Assembly (NCBI RefSeq): GCF_009914755.1
Contig: NC_060929.1
Reading direction: 5' to 3' (one strand)
Length of the DNA: 64,000 nt
DNA from: the human T2T-CHM13v2.0 reference genome, Homo sapiens
Shown piece by piece: positions 1 to 13,105 of the stretch (position 1 is the stretch's first letter; every line of letters begins with the position of its first letter). A model generated the notes under the pieces. The model had not been told where the DNA came from and searched no databases. It saw only the letters and a program-made list of their open reading frames with translations. Both the position numbers and the translations under genes were made by a program.

Positions 1-600
1 AATCTGGGACTTTTCTAGAAATCATATTGCTATTAGTTTCTAATTTACTACCATTTTTGTTAGAGACCATATTCTGCAAAATTTATAACTTGATATTTAT
101 TGGACTTTTTATCCCCAGCATATGTATTAACTTAGCGAGTCTTCCTTCCATGTGTACTCAGAAAAATGTTGTTGGCTGTAATGTTCTATAAACGTCAGTT
201 AAGTAAGTTGGTTGATAACGTTCAGATATTTTATATTTTCTCTATCCTTATTGATACTTTTTCTTCTCATTTTATTAATTACTTTATATAATAGTTATAA
301 AATCTCCAACTACAGTTGTAAATGTTTCTATGCCTCAGTTTAGTTCTGTAATTATTTGCTTCATGTAGTTTTAGTCTCTATTATTAGATGCATATACATT
401 TAATTTATTGTGCTTCTTGATATATTTATATTAATATATCAAAAAGATATCACTATGAAATACTCCTTCTTTATCTCTAGTAATGCTCCTTGTCTTAGAG
501 TCTATCAATATTAATATAGCCACACTAGCTTTTTCACACTTACTATTTGCATGGAATATCTTTTCACCATTTTATTTAAAAACAATCAGTGTCTTTGTGA
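1..600 (-). mobile_element. Ancient L1 (L1M-type) ORF2 endonuclease-region fragment
   Basis: Antisense L1 ORF2 motifs such as 'ttattagatgcatatacattta' and 'tattaatatagccacactagcttt...tttgcatggaatatctttt'; similar to the L1 segment at 56100-56270. Confidence 0.75.
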
Positions 601-1574
601 ATCAGAAAACACAGAGTATACACAGACATGTAGATACTAATTCTTCATCTTGTGACTCCGAGCTGACCTCCATTACTATTTTTAGGAGTACTTCCTTTGA
701 ACTTTTGTTCTTTAAAATCTGTACTACTTACCTCTACAAGGAAAGGAATGATGAGTTGCTTGAATGAAGATCATTAGGTTTCCTTTAGCCTGGAGTTCTG
801 AGAGCTGGAGATGGATGTGGGAGTGCAGTGATCTAGCCAACAGTAGTTGGAGCAAAGGGAAAATAGAAATAATGCTCTGAACAAGGATTGGAGAAATAGA
901 TAGACACTGGGAAATTTTACATTGAATGTGGTGATCTTAGAGACAAGATCTTGTTCAGAAAAAGGCTCCTTAGTTGAGAGAAATAATAAAGCAATGAATT
1001 CAAGAGGCAGAACTACTGTGTTATAAAGAGAAAGGGACACTTTTGAATGGTACCTAAATGATGATAGAGGAAGAGGTAGTAGGTGTTCTGAGCTGTTTCA
1101 CATGGAAAAGCCAGATTCTTTGGACTCATCATAGTAGTTTAAGGGTTTTGTGCATGTACTTGATGCTCATCCAACAGGTGACAGAGCTGCTTCTGTCCAG
1201 GAATTCCAAGTAGATATATTCAAATAAACTTGGAGATTAAGATTTGCAACTTGGTATTCAGTTGCGTACTTTTAGCTCTTTGATTTATAGTGTTTTTATG
1301 TCCCTAAGTGTAGAGTCAGGTGCCTGCATGGAATTCCATTTGCTGGTTAACTGACTTCAGTCAGATTTGTATTTTCTCCTGTTGATCTTTTAAAAAGACA
1401 TTGAGAGACAGTGAGATGAAGTATTGAAGGGAGACAAGCAAATGAGTGATCCTTACTAATAAGTAACTATTCTAACCAAAGCTAAGAGAAATTATAATTG
1501 ACAAAGATGTTTTTCATAATATGTGAAAAAATAGAAGTAGAGATCTGTACTGAAATGGATGTAACACAGGTTTT

Positions 1575-1745
1575 GGGGTAAGAGCTTCAGAAGTAGAAAA
1601 CTTGAGTTGGTGTTTCTACCCTCATATGAACTAGTTGTATAGTCTTTTACAATCTCTTATTTTCTCTGAGCCCTGATTCTTCCTCAGTAATTGAGAATAA
1701 TAGTAATCCTATATCACAGGCTTTGAGTTTCATCTTACATGAAGT
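1575..1745 (+). mobile_element. MIR SINE fragment
   Basis: Degenerate MIR core 'tctctgagccctgattcttcctcagtaattgagaataatagtaatcctatatcacaggg'. Confidence 0.7.
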
Positions 1746-1771
1746 ATATGAACTACATTTGTGTGCTGTAA

Positions 1772-1890
1772 CTAGTACTTACTGAGTACTTGCTACGTAT
1801 GGGCTGCACCTGTTTTAGCAGTTGGTGCTAGATCAATGAATGAGACAAAAATCCAAGTGCTTAAGGGGAACTCATAATCCACTGGGGGCA
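1772..1890 (-). mobile_element. L2 3' end fragment
   Basis: 'tacttactgagtacttgctacgta...atgaatgagacaaaaatcc...gaactcataatccactggggg' resembles the reverse complement of the L2 tail. Confidence 0.65.
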
Positions 1891-2015
1891 TTTACTGTTA
1901 ATAAATTATTAATACTTCAGAATAGGAAAAGATAATTTTCCATTTCTGCAAATACCAAAATAATGCATGTTCTTTAGATGAAATAGCACTAAAGAAAAGT
2001 ACATAGAAGAAAGAG

Positions 2016-2447
2016 TGTCCTAGTCCAATTTTTGTTGCTTATAACAGAATACCTAAGGCTGACTCATTTATAAGGAAAGTGGTTTATTTAGCTTATGGTT
2101 CTACGGGGTGGGAAATTCAAGGGCATGGCCCTGGCTTCTGGCAAGAGCTTTTGTACTTGTCATAACATGGTGGAGAAGGTCAGAGTGGAAATGGAAAACG
2201 CAAACAGACGAAACCCAAGAGGAATCCTGGTTTTGCAACAACCCACTCTCATAGAAACCAATCCATTTCTGAGAGAACTAATCCAGTTTCACCAGAGCAA
2301 GAACTCACTCACAAGCCATTCAGGAGGGATATGCCCCCAAGACCCGAACATCTCCCACTAGGCCTCACCCCCGACACCACCACATTAGGGATGACATTTC
2401 AACATGAGCTTTGGTGAGGTCAGACAAACCATATTCAAACCATAGCA
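2016..2447 (-). mobile_element. MaLR solo LTR (MST family)
   Basis: Termini TGTCCTAGTCC...CAAACCATAGCA, typical MST body; flanks AAGAG/AAAAG look like a 5-bp TSD with one mismatch. Confidence 0.85.
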
Positions 2448-2631
2448 AAAAGGAAACACACCTAAAAATCTACCACTGAAATAACTGTTGTTGTCAACTG
2501 AGGTGGTGACCCTTGCTCTGTAAATCTCTCTGTGAATACACACAGTAGAAGGTTGGGTAGAGATAGATAGATAAGTAGGTTTAACTAATTATTCAGAGAT
2601 AGAATCTTACATGTTTAAAAATAAAATTATT

Positions 2632-2935
2632 GGCCAGGTGCAGTGGCTCACACTTGTCATCTCAGAACTCTGGGAGGCCGAGGCAGGTGGATCACAAGGT
2701 CAGGAGATCAAGACCATCCTGGCTAACATGGTGAAACTGCATCTGTACTAAAAATACAAAAAAAAAAAAAAAAAAAAAATTAGCTGGGTGTGGTGGCGGG
2801 TGCCTGTAGTCCTAGCTACTCGGGAGGCTGAACCTGGGAGGCAGAGGTTGCAGTGAGCTGAGATCGTGTCATTGCAGTCCAGCCTGGTGACAGAGCGAGG
2901 CTCCATCTCCAAAATAAATAAATAAATAAATAAGT
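2632..2935 (+). mobile_element. Alu (AluSc-like)
   Basis: GGCCAGGTGCAGTGGCTCA start, (TAAA)n tail, 13-bp TSD AAATAAAATTATT (2619-2631 / 2936-2948); expanded middle A-tract and an 18-bp right-arm deletion. Confidence 0.95.
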
Positions 2936-3699
2936 AAATAAAATTATTGAATTTAATTTTATTTGAATCTAAGTTTGTAAAGCAAAACTAAAGGATAGCA
3001 AAGAATTGATGAACTTTAGTTTTTTGCATTGCAAATTATGTAGAATTCTAAAAGATCTCCCTAGATTAAGATGCAAGAGTATACAAATTCAGAAATTAAA
3101 GTAATTTTTTTCAAACTTTGTTTCAAATTTAGTCATTAATTGATTATTTGTTACGAAAGTTGAATAAATCAGCATTCTTCCTTTTGTATACCTTTTCTCC
3201 CCCTGCTCTCAACTTTGTTTTACTTTTATTATACTACTAAGGTCACTTTTTCTGCTGTAATCAAAATTTCTACAGTTTTTTAGTATTAGTTCTATACTGC
3301 ATGCTCATTGAATTCTATATTGATGCTCATCTATATCAAATGTTATGTTAATGCTCATTAATAGTCCTTTTATAATTTCTAATGTCCTTGTTTTGATTTA
3401 CCCCTTGGCTAAATCGATAAAACATACATAAACATTTCATGTGGAGGCCACTAGAGAATTGCTTAGGAATGAGAGGGCAATGCAGGCAGCCAGGACTTGA
3501 AGGGCTAAGAACATGGAGAGAATAAGGTGCAAAAAAGGGAGACCTGCACTCAAAAGTTTTCCCATTGAGGCGTTTGCTCAATTATTAAGCTGCAAGGAAA
3601 GAGAGACTAAAATGAATAAAATTTTTGGCAAGGGAAAAAGTTGGAGATCATAACCTGACAAAGAGGAAGGGCTCTAGATCATCACTTGAGACTCATGCT

Positions 3700-4140
3700 A
3701 CCAATGAAGGCAAACCAGAGACCAAAACCTTACAAAGCCTGTAATGCAGCCTAGGTTAGCTCAGTCTCTAGTTGGATTAAAAGAAAATTCTTTATATTGT
3801 CTGCTCACCAGAGGCTAGGGTAAGCTCTGTCTGAAGGATGACTTTATTTTCCAGAGATTCTATTATTTTTCATTTGTATTTCATGTACATTTCATACATA
3901 ATATTAGTCCCTTAATAAAAAAATGCCATGTGTATCAAAAAACAAGACCTAGAAAACAAATGGTAAAAATAGACTCATAGATGTCCTGGACATTGGAATT
4001 ATCAGGCAAAGATGATATCACAACTCTGATTAATATATTCAGAAAAATGTATGACAAGATAGATAATTTTACCAAAGAACAAGACTCTGTTAAAGAAAAA
4101 AAATTTAAATGAAAATTCTAACACTAAAAATGTCTCAAAG
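3700..4140 (+). mobile_element. Ancient L1 5'/ORF1 fragment
   Basis: A-rich ORF1-like text 'ggacattggaattatcaggcaaagat...ctgattaatatattcagaaaaa...gataattttaccaaagaac...aaatgaaaattcta'. Confidence 0.55.
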
Positions 4141-4751
4141 AAAGAAACAATTGATCATCTACCCTAGAGTTTCAGATCTGAGTTAATCTTCTGTTGTCTT
4201 TAATGGAACTCCCTTTTGTTCCTTTTCTACCTATTTTCTATTTCTTTTTTCAGAGTGGTTATTACTGTCATCCTTTCTGAAAAAGAATATAAATATTCTT
4301 CAATATATTTCAAGATAGTCACAGTTATGTACCAAGTATATCAGACTTGTGAAACTTTGTTCTGTTATGGAAGAAAAATTTAAAATTTCATGTGATGCGA
4401 TTGAGCATATGGTTGAGAGAAATTTTCTTTAAAAATCATCTTTAACATACCAAATGCTAGCATTTGGTAGTCTTTTGCAATTCTATATTTTATTTTTCAA
4501 GCCTAATTTTGAATATAAATATTACTAATGTGTCATACCATATCTAGGAGAATTACAAAGAAGGTAGGAATTACAAATTCAAAATTTGTTAGAAATTATA
4601 TACACTTCCTTCTGGTACCCTAATTTTTTTTTTTTTTTTTTTTTTTTACGTAAAGACTAAAAAACCCTGAGGATAACACTTTAGTATCTGACTATTGATA
4701 ATGTTACTAGCTATAGTCATCACCCTAAAGTATCTTTGACTACTCATTTGT

Positions 4752-5030
4752 AATTCATTCATTCATTCAGATAACATTTACTGAGTATCTACTATCTGCT
4801 ATGATACTGTCCCTGCTTTTGAGAAGTTTGAAACCTAGTGGTAGAGGCAGACATTCTTAATTTCAAAAAGGATAACAAAGGTGGTGAGTGTGAGTATGAG
4901 TGGGAATACCTTATGTTACTGAGGGTGGGTATGGATTCAGGACGGGGATCTTTAGAGAAGCCTTCAAAGTGAAGGGTGTGTTGGAGTCTTCAATATTAAT
5001 AGGAGGCCACCAAATAGAAAAAGGGAGATA
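4752..5030 (-). mobile_element. L2 3' end fragment
   Basis: (ATTC)n tail, then 'catttactgagtatctactat...gtccctgcttttgagaag...ctagtgg..gaggcagac'. Confidence 0.75.
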
Positions 5031-5054
5031 GTATGTCCAAAGAAGAGAGAAATG

Positions 5055-5080
<26 letters not shown>
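5055..5080. repeat. (GT)13 microsatellite
   Basis: Read directly from the sequence. Confidence 0.97.
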
Positions 5081-5085
<5 letters not shown>

Positions 5086-5496
5086 TGAAGTGGGGAGTGT
5101 TTTAGTCTTTTTAAAGAATGCTAGAAAATGACAATTTAAGGATCTCACAGGGTGCTTCATGAAAACATCACCCTTCAGCCTGGCCTGCACTTTTGTTTTA
5201 TAGAGGTGGTGCTCAGGTCCACATCTGCAGAGTGACTGTGCTTTATTTTCTCTAAAACATCCATCTTCATCTAACATGTTCTTTTCTCATCTGGTCTGTG
5301 GGAATTTGCACAGACCTTGTTACTCCCAGAGGCTGCTTTTCCATGAAACTCAACTCAGGGATGAAGAAGTCTGAAGGGCAGAGGCTTTCCTTCCAACTTC
5401 AAGGTCGCTGGAACTGAATCAGACATAACCAGTAGGTGGGAAGACAGCGAAAAACTGTCAAAGGAAAAAAAGAGTCAGGTGGTATGAACACAAGAA

Positions 5497-5718
5497 TGGA
5501 CATTCTCAAACGTCAGTGTACATCAAAAACACCTGAAGGGCTTGCTAAAACACAAATTGATAGGCTATGATAGATTTCTAGGCTATGACTGATTGCTAGG
5601 AAACAACAGGTTTCCACACATTAGGTCTGGAGAAGCTTGAGACTTCATATTTACATCAAGTTTCCATCTAAGTGATGCTGATACTGCTGGCCCAGGGACC
5701 ACATTTTGAGAATCTCTA
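5497..5718 (+). mobile_element. MER5A hAT-Charlie MITE with an internal ~18-bp tandem duplication
   Basis: 'ttctcaaac...catcaaaaacacctgaagggcttgctaaaacaca...gtgatgctgatactgctggcccagggaccacattttgagaa'; TAGGCTATGA at 5561 and 5579. Confidence 0.85.
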
Positions 5719-5980
5719 CCTTAGAGAAGGCAGATTTTCTTTACTTGTACAAATCAGGATCTAGATGAAGAAAAAAAAAAAAAACCATTTTAGCTAGGGT
5801 AGTATTCAAAGATTTAGTGATTCCTAAAAATTATATGTCATATGGTTTTATTTGGTAAAGGATGGTGTTATAGAAGGAATGTCTTGAGAAGTTTTGGTAG
5901 ATGAGATATGGCTTAAGATTTAGAAGCTGTGAAATTAAAAACTTCTTAAAAGGGAATGATAATGTAGGTTACTTTATGAA

Positions 5981-6273
<293 letters not shown>

Positions 6274-6463
6274 CTACTAGATGTTAAAACTTAAGATTAC
6301 CGAGTTTAGTTTTCCTCATTTGATCAATATATTCTTTAAATATTAATTTATAAACAGTAACTCTAATAATGTGATTGGTAGCTGTAAATGGTTAGTGTTG
6401 GATGTCTAACCTCTTTCAAGTTCTAATTAAACAAACAGTTTTGTATTTGTTGTATTACCCAGG

Positions 6464-6602
6464 CCTGTGGTTCTCAACACGGGCTGTACACTAGCACTTG
6501 ACTGAATCTGGATTTAGGGAATCTGTAGTGGAATCTAGGCATTGGCGTGCTTTTTGAACTCCCCACATGGTTCTAATGTATATGAAGGGTTGAGAATCAC
6601 TG
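6464..6602 (+). mobile_element. MER5B-like hAT MITE
   Basis: Inverted termini 'ctgtggttctcaac' / 'gttgagaatcactg'; internal 'aactccccacatggttctaatg'. Confidence 0.75.
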
Positions 6603-7258
6603 GTGTAGTCACTGAGCTAGGGATAACGTATATTTCATGAGTCAAAATTTTGCTAATTGTTTTTCTATGAAGCCCACATCAACAAATGTCTATGTGAGGG
6701 CTTTTCATTTACATATTCCTTCATGAAACAAAACTTTCCTAACTTTGGTAAACAACATTTCAAAATAATGCTGTGCTCCATTTATTGACAGCTGGTACAG
6801 GAATCATATGTTTCTTTCTAATGAGTGTCATTATATATGCAGATTAAGAACACATTTAAAAAATTATACGTCATGGCAATGGGAAAACTAGACAAGAGTA
6901 TGTTCCAGCAACATGACAAAAATAATGGAAGTTCTCAGAAACTTGCTGGCAGCAAATTCACTGCCCAGGAGCCACAGATCATGTTAATGTGTTGTTGGCT
7001 GTCATCCTGTCAGTTAAATTGAAGGGAGCTTTTGATTAAGGGTATCATCCAACGTAGATCAAAGTGGAAATGACTTTTGACACTTGGGTTCTTTTTAAGA
7101 AAGAGGAGTTTGATTAGTCACTCATAAACTTGACTGACCACATAGAAGGGCATAAATTACTTGGTGAAACAGGTTCCTGTTTAGTATCATAGGGATTCCA
7201 AGAACAATCTCACCAGTTAAAGGTTTGTGCTAGCAGCTACATTCTAGATTTATTTTCC

Positions 7259-7450
7259 TCAGGTTTTCAAATTTAGCAAATACAAGTGTTTGGAGTGCCC
7301 AATTAAATGTGAACTTCACACAAACAACAAATAATTTTTAATACAATTAAGTCCTAAAGATTGAATGAGGTATTCTTATTCTAAAAAAAATTTATTTTTA
7401 ACTGAAATTCACATTTAACTGGGCATCCAATATCTTACCTGGCAAATTTA
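7259..7450. mobile_element. MER53 palindromic hAT MITE
   Basis: 'atttagcaaata...tgcccaattaaatgtgaacttca...tgaaattcacatttaactgggcatcc...ctggcaa'; arms 7296-7318 and 7403-7425 are 21/23 complementary. Confidence 0.85.
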
Positions 7451-9206
7451 AATCTTACTCCATCCTCCAAGGAGTTTTTGGCAGAGCTGAATAAAAAGAA
7501 AAGGACTCTCTTGAAACCTCTATCTTAGAAACATTAAATCTAAGTCTCACTCAGACTCTCAATCCCTTTGCAAGTAATAACAGCAAAGTATACTCCTCTG
7601 CTTTACTATGGTAAAGTTAGGAAAATAAAAGTATAAGAAAGACAAGACACATCCAATGACCAGAGTTAGGTAAGAATATCTTCCTAATTTTCCATTAAGT
7701 TTTTCCTCCATATTTATGAAAATCTATAAAAACTTGACTTTCCCCTTGTCTCTGAGTTTATAACCCTTTACGGTTTCATTTTCTCTTTTTTCCTTCTCTG
7801 ACTAGATTTATCTTTTGAACCTTATTCTCTCAGCATTCTCAGATTGCTCATTCTTATGGTCTATATAATCATGAACCCTACTCTAGGGCAGTGAAAGAGT
7901 TATACCATTAGAATGACCTGGGAACTTTTTCTAACTAGACATGCCTGCCTTCACTTCCTGCCTCCCATATAGAAAACCCCCTATCCTAGTTCCAATAGGT
8001 ATGAGAAAACCAGGATGTTCATCTTAAGTCTTCATAGGGAAAAAAGACAATTGTTTATGCCTGGTTTTCCTTTTAGGAAGCTGTTTCCACAAAGAAGGCA
8101 CAAACAATCCTATTAGCAAATAGGTAGTTCTTTGGCTATTCCCGCTTAGCTCTGATTACTTCTGTTAGAAAGCGTTTAGTTTTGCCTTCTATTCTCCCAG
8201 TGGCCATAACTGTTGGCATTTAGAGCTCCACAAATCATGGGGTGCTTCCAGTCACCTTAGGGCTGAGTGCATCCCATCGGTGTGGGCTTGTTGGACGCCC
8301 GTGCAGGTGGTCACCCCTGAGCAAGCAGATATATGAAACAAGTTTAAAGAACCTACAGTGCTTGTCAACTTGTTTAAATTCATAGCCACGAAATAAAAAT
8401 TGTAGCCTCTCCATCATCACTACCCCCTTCTAGAACAAACCCAATATAATCATACGTTTAGCTTTGGGCACATATTTAAAATAAAATAAAATGCATTGCA
8501 AATTGCTGCTTGTTTAAAAGAGTCAGGATTTCTTTTTTATCCTTTTAATAGTGAAGATGTTCTGTAAATATTGAAAGGCTAAAGTCTTCTGAAAAATAAG
8601 TTAACCTTTAAAACCATGTATTATATTGAATACTTTGTTTTATTTACTTGCGTTGATGGTATATAACTGTTCCTGTCTTCCTGACACATGAAAACTCACT
8701 CTTCGTTGAGCTAAAAGCAGTTTGAAGCTCAAAAGAATATCATTTGGCTGTGCTTGTCAGACAAGCAAGTTGATTATGTAAAAACACTTAGTTTGAATTC
8801 ACAGTTTTCTCCTGGGAGGAGCAAAAGAAATGATTGAAATCTCTCTTTGTCATGTTGCAAATAGTGGAGTTGGTCATTTGGATGCAGATAAACTTATCTA
8901 GGATTCTTGAGTAGTTTGCAAAGGCCCCATGTGGAGAAGCAGTGTCCACAGACTGGGAAGGGCTAGTCTTTCTAAACATTATGGGTTAGCAGAGCAGTTC
9001 AGCGAGTGACCTCAACATATCGGACTTCCCCTCCCTAGAAAGTGGGCTTGTGCTTATGGTGAGGTTATCAGCACACCAACAAAGGCCCTTTACTGTGGCA
9101 CAGTTGGGGTCCTGTCCTTGAGTCACTAAATTCTAGCTCTGGGTTTTCACTGAAAAGACTCATTGAGTCTTCTTGACTGAATTCCTGTTTCAGCTATTGT
9201 TCCCAC

Positions 9207-9702
9207 TATTGGGGCTAGGGCACACTACCCCAAAATATGGCACCTTGGCATTTGAGAAAATGGCAGAAGCAGGAAGGTCATCCTCACCTTCCCTTCTCCT
9301 TGGCCTTCTCCCCTGAAGCAGGTTACAAGACCCTCACTCATGAAGTGCCAGTCTTATACCCAGAGGAAAGGAACATCCTTATCTCTGAAGACACAGGGAC
9401 ACAGAGAAGAATCTGAACAAACAGGCCTTGCTCAGTCCCCCGCTATGTTATTACCATTAGATCCCACTTTCTTTGTTCAATCGTAATTCTCCACAACCGT
9501 CCACTCCTTGTCAAGTAGAAGCATAAAAATATAAAAGTTTAAGTCATCTCTTTCTTTGGGCCTTCGATCCCTTATGAAGACTCCTGTGTCACATAAAACT
9601 TACATTAAATACATTCATGTGCTTTTCTCTTGTTAATCTGCCTTTCGTTATAAGGTACCTTAGCCATGAACCTAGAAAAGAAACCTGCCCCCATCTCACA
9701 AA
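9207..9702 (+). mobile_element. ERV1 solo LTR (MER39/MER34 group)
   Basis: Start 'tattggggctagggcacactaccccaaaatatggcacc', body 'gagaagaatctgaacaaacaggccttg', ATTAAA signal followed by 'tgcttttctcttgttaatctg'; possible 4-bp TSD CCAC. Confidence 0.75.
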
Positions 9703-10185
9703 CCACAGAGCCCATGACTGCCAGGCTTGCATGCCAAGATAATTGTTTGTCTGTCTGTAGCTGCTTGCAGTAGCCCAGGTGGTAATACTACTCAGACCTG
9801 GAGGTCAGAACTTCCCCTCCAGGTGTGTTACAGAATCCTTGACATAAACAGCAGCTCAGTACAAGAAGGATGCGTCCTTGCATGTGGATCTGGCTGAGGG
9901 ACCTTCAGGCCCTTCTCACACTGTACGTGAAGTTGAGCAGTGAGCTTGCTAGGAGAGATGTCTGGGGAGTTCTGTGAAATATGGGCTCTGAGGTTCCCAG
10001 AGCAGTTTTGCAAAGCTGTAGGAATGAAAGTGCTGCTCTAGCTTAGTGGTCCTTGTGCCAAACATGGTACAAATGAGCATTCTTATCTGGCCAAAGAGTA
10101 TTTGTCATTGCTGCTGGGGGTCATGATGATGGCAGAGGGATACATAGGCTGCTGAGACCACAAATGCAGGCTAAGCCAGAAAGCT

Positions 10186-10189
<4 letters not shown>

Positions 10190-10229
<40 letters not shown>
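10190..10229. repeat. (GT)20 microsatellite
   Basis: Read directly from the sequence; uninterrupted. Confidence 0.97.
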
Positions 10230-10231
<2 letters not shown>

Positions 10232-11077
10232 TTCAAAAATGGGTCTAACTAAGGATAGATCTTTGGAAACTGATCTTGATCTTTGAAAAAAATTCTAATG
10301 TGGGAAAACATTTGAGTCTAATTTGCTTTAGCTGTTTGAGGCTACCAAGTGCAATATTAGATTCCCTGCTAAAATTTAATAATACATTTGATGGAAAATT
10401 ACAAAAGGAAAATTTCACTTAAATATTTAATAACTAGGGTAGTAGTTCACAAAAACTCAAGTTCAGTGATTCTGAGGGATGAGTATAAAGTAAGACTACA
10501 AAATTATTTGTCTCCTGGGAAAGATTCCTTTCCCTTTATTTCATATATATTTGTGTATAGCACAATATATGGTAAATATATAGATAGAGAAGAAATCTGT
10601 GTTGCTGGTGCAAAGTAAGACTTGTAGGAAGATAATTTGATGAGATTCAAGTGTGTCAGTTTGCCATCAGAAGCCAAGAAAGAGGTAAAACTACGTTACT
10701 TATGGTTTCATACAGCATTTTAAACATGTATTATTTAATCTTCTGTCTTTTAGTGAAGTTCTATAGTACGGAATCATCAATTTGTATCTTAGAATCTATA
10801 AATGAGTGTATACACACACACAGCAATTTTTATATTGGGATCAAGTTCTAAAGCCAACAAGTGAAGCTGAAATCATGAATTAATAAATGTACCCCGGAAA
10901 ACTTTAAAGTTACTCATAAAAACAGTATGTACAATTTTGTTTCTGTATCAACACTTATGGATGCTAAAGTTGAAGTGTGTCTAGAATAAAGTGGACTGAA
11001 GAAAGGACAAAGAAAGCACTTCGTGCTGGTGTTTGGGTGTTCAAACCATTCCACTTGACATACAGGGCAGCCATTAA

Positions 11078-11489
<412 letters not shown>

Positions 11490-11706
11490 AGGCCTCTGTA
11501 CTCTTAATAAATATTATTAGCTTTGCTTTTGCTATGACTAGAATTAAAAGAGATCCTGGTATCTCAACTCACAGGCATTGGGTTCCAAAGTCTGTGCAAA
11601 AAAGAAAGGAATATATGATGCAATTCCATTTTATTTTGAGAAAAACACTTTCAGTTGAATTGGTTTCACTTTGGAAGTAATGTTCTTTATATTATGTCTA
11701 CCTGCA

Positions 11707-12107
11707 TGCTATGACTTGAATGCATACCTCAAAAGCCATCTGTTGGAAACTTAATCCCCAATGCAATAGAGATGGAGCAATTATTAGGTGGGGCCTAATG
11801 AGAGGTGATTAGGCCATATGGGTGGAGTGAATGGATTAATGACATTATCATGGGGAATGGGTTCATTATCTTGGGAGTGAGTTTGTTATAAAATGGGGAA
11901 TTTGGTCCCCTTTTACACTCTCTTGCTCTCTCCTTGCCCTTCTCCTGACTTCTGCCATTGGATGATGCAGCAAGAAGGCCCTCGCCACATGCCAGCCCCT
12001 TGATCTTAGGCTTCCCAGCATCCGGAACTGTGAGCCAATAAATTTCTGTTTATTATAAATTGCCCAGTCTCAGATTCTATTAAAGCAGCACAAAACAGAC
12101 CAAGACA
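11707..12107 (+). mobile_element. MaLR solo LTR (MSTD/MSTB-like)
   Basis: TG...CA termini (TGCTATG...CAAGACA), AATAAA near 12037, perfect 5-bp TSD CTGCA. Confidence 0.92.
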
Positions 12108-12949
12108 CTGCACATACTTCTTTTTCTCTTTTTCTTTTGGTAAAGGGAAAGAAGATGAATTTCTTCTCCTTAAGACGATAAGTTACTTGGTTGTTTTACC
12201 ATATTTACCTTAGAACTAATTTTTATAGATAGTTGAACCATATCAGTCTCTTACAATTCATTTTGCATGTGCAGCATGTATTGGTGTATGTATGTTTCCA
12301 TGTGTGTGTGTTGGGGGTGAGTGCCTGAGTGTATAAAGACATCTTGCACAAATCTATACTATAGCTTGGATTAGGAGATACAGATGTGTCTGGAATTTCT
12401 TATACACTATGGGAGTAAGGTCCATCAGAAGCTTCTTGATAGGAAGACAGAGGAATATTGTGTGAAAATTCATCCTCAGGGAGGAAGGAACCTGGCTCAG
12501 GGAACTTGGCATGGTAAGAAAGGCTTAGACAGAGTGGTGAAGAGGACAAATCTGAGGACAGTGTGATGTTTTCTACTCAGGTCTTTCTCCCAGCCCAACC
12601 CTTAATGGATTCTTTCCTGGCTCCTCTGGAAAGCACAGTGAGCTATTCTACCAGAAACTCTGTAAAACAATGTGGTTCAAGTGGCACTGCCCTGGTAACC
12701 CTCTAACAGAGGATTCCACAAAAGACAGATGAGACAGAAGCGGGGACCATGCCAAGCCCAATGCCTGATGGAACAGCCATGGTGTGAGCAGATCAGAAAT
12801 ATTTATGAGCACATGTAAGCCCCTGTCTGGGGACTCCCAGAAATTGCTGAGTTCACAAAGCAGAGAAATTTGAGTTACTACTGCTAATGGGACTACATCT
12901 GTACCCACAGGCTGGTGAGACCAAGAGAAACTCTGTTTTCACCTCTATT

Positions 12950-13105
12950 ATTACACAGTGCATGGAATGGTAATTACTTGTTTACACATCTGCTCCACTG
13001 CTATGCTGTAAGACTCTATAGGCCAGGAACTATATTTTACTCATCTTTGTTTTTCCAGAATATAGACTTTGCCCCTGGCATATAGTAGGTGCTCATTAAG
13101 TGTTT
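12950..13105 (+). mobile_element. L2 3' end fragment
   Basis: 'ctgtaagactctataggccaggaac...tcatctttgtttttccag...cctggcatatagtaggtgctcattaa'. Confidence 0.8.
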
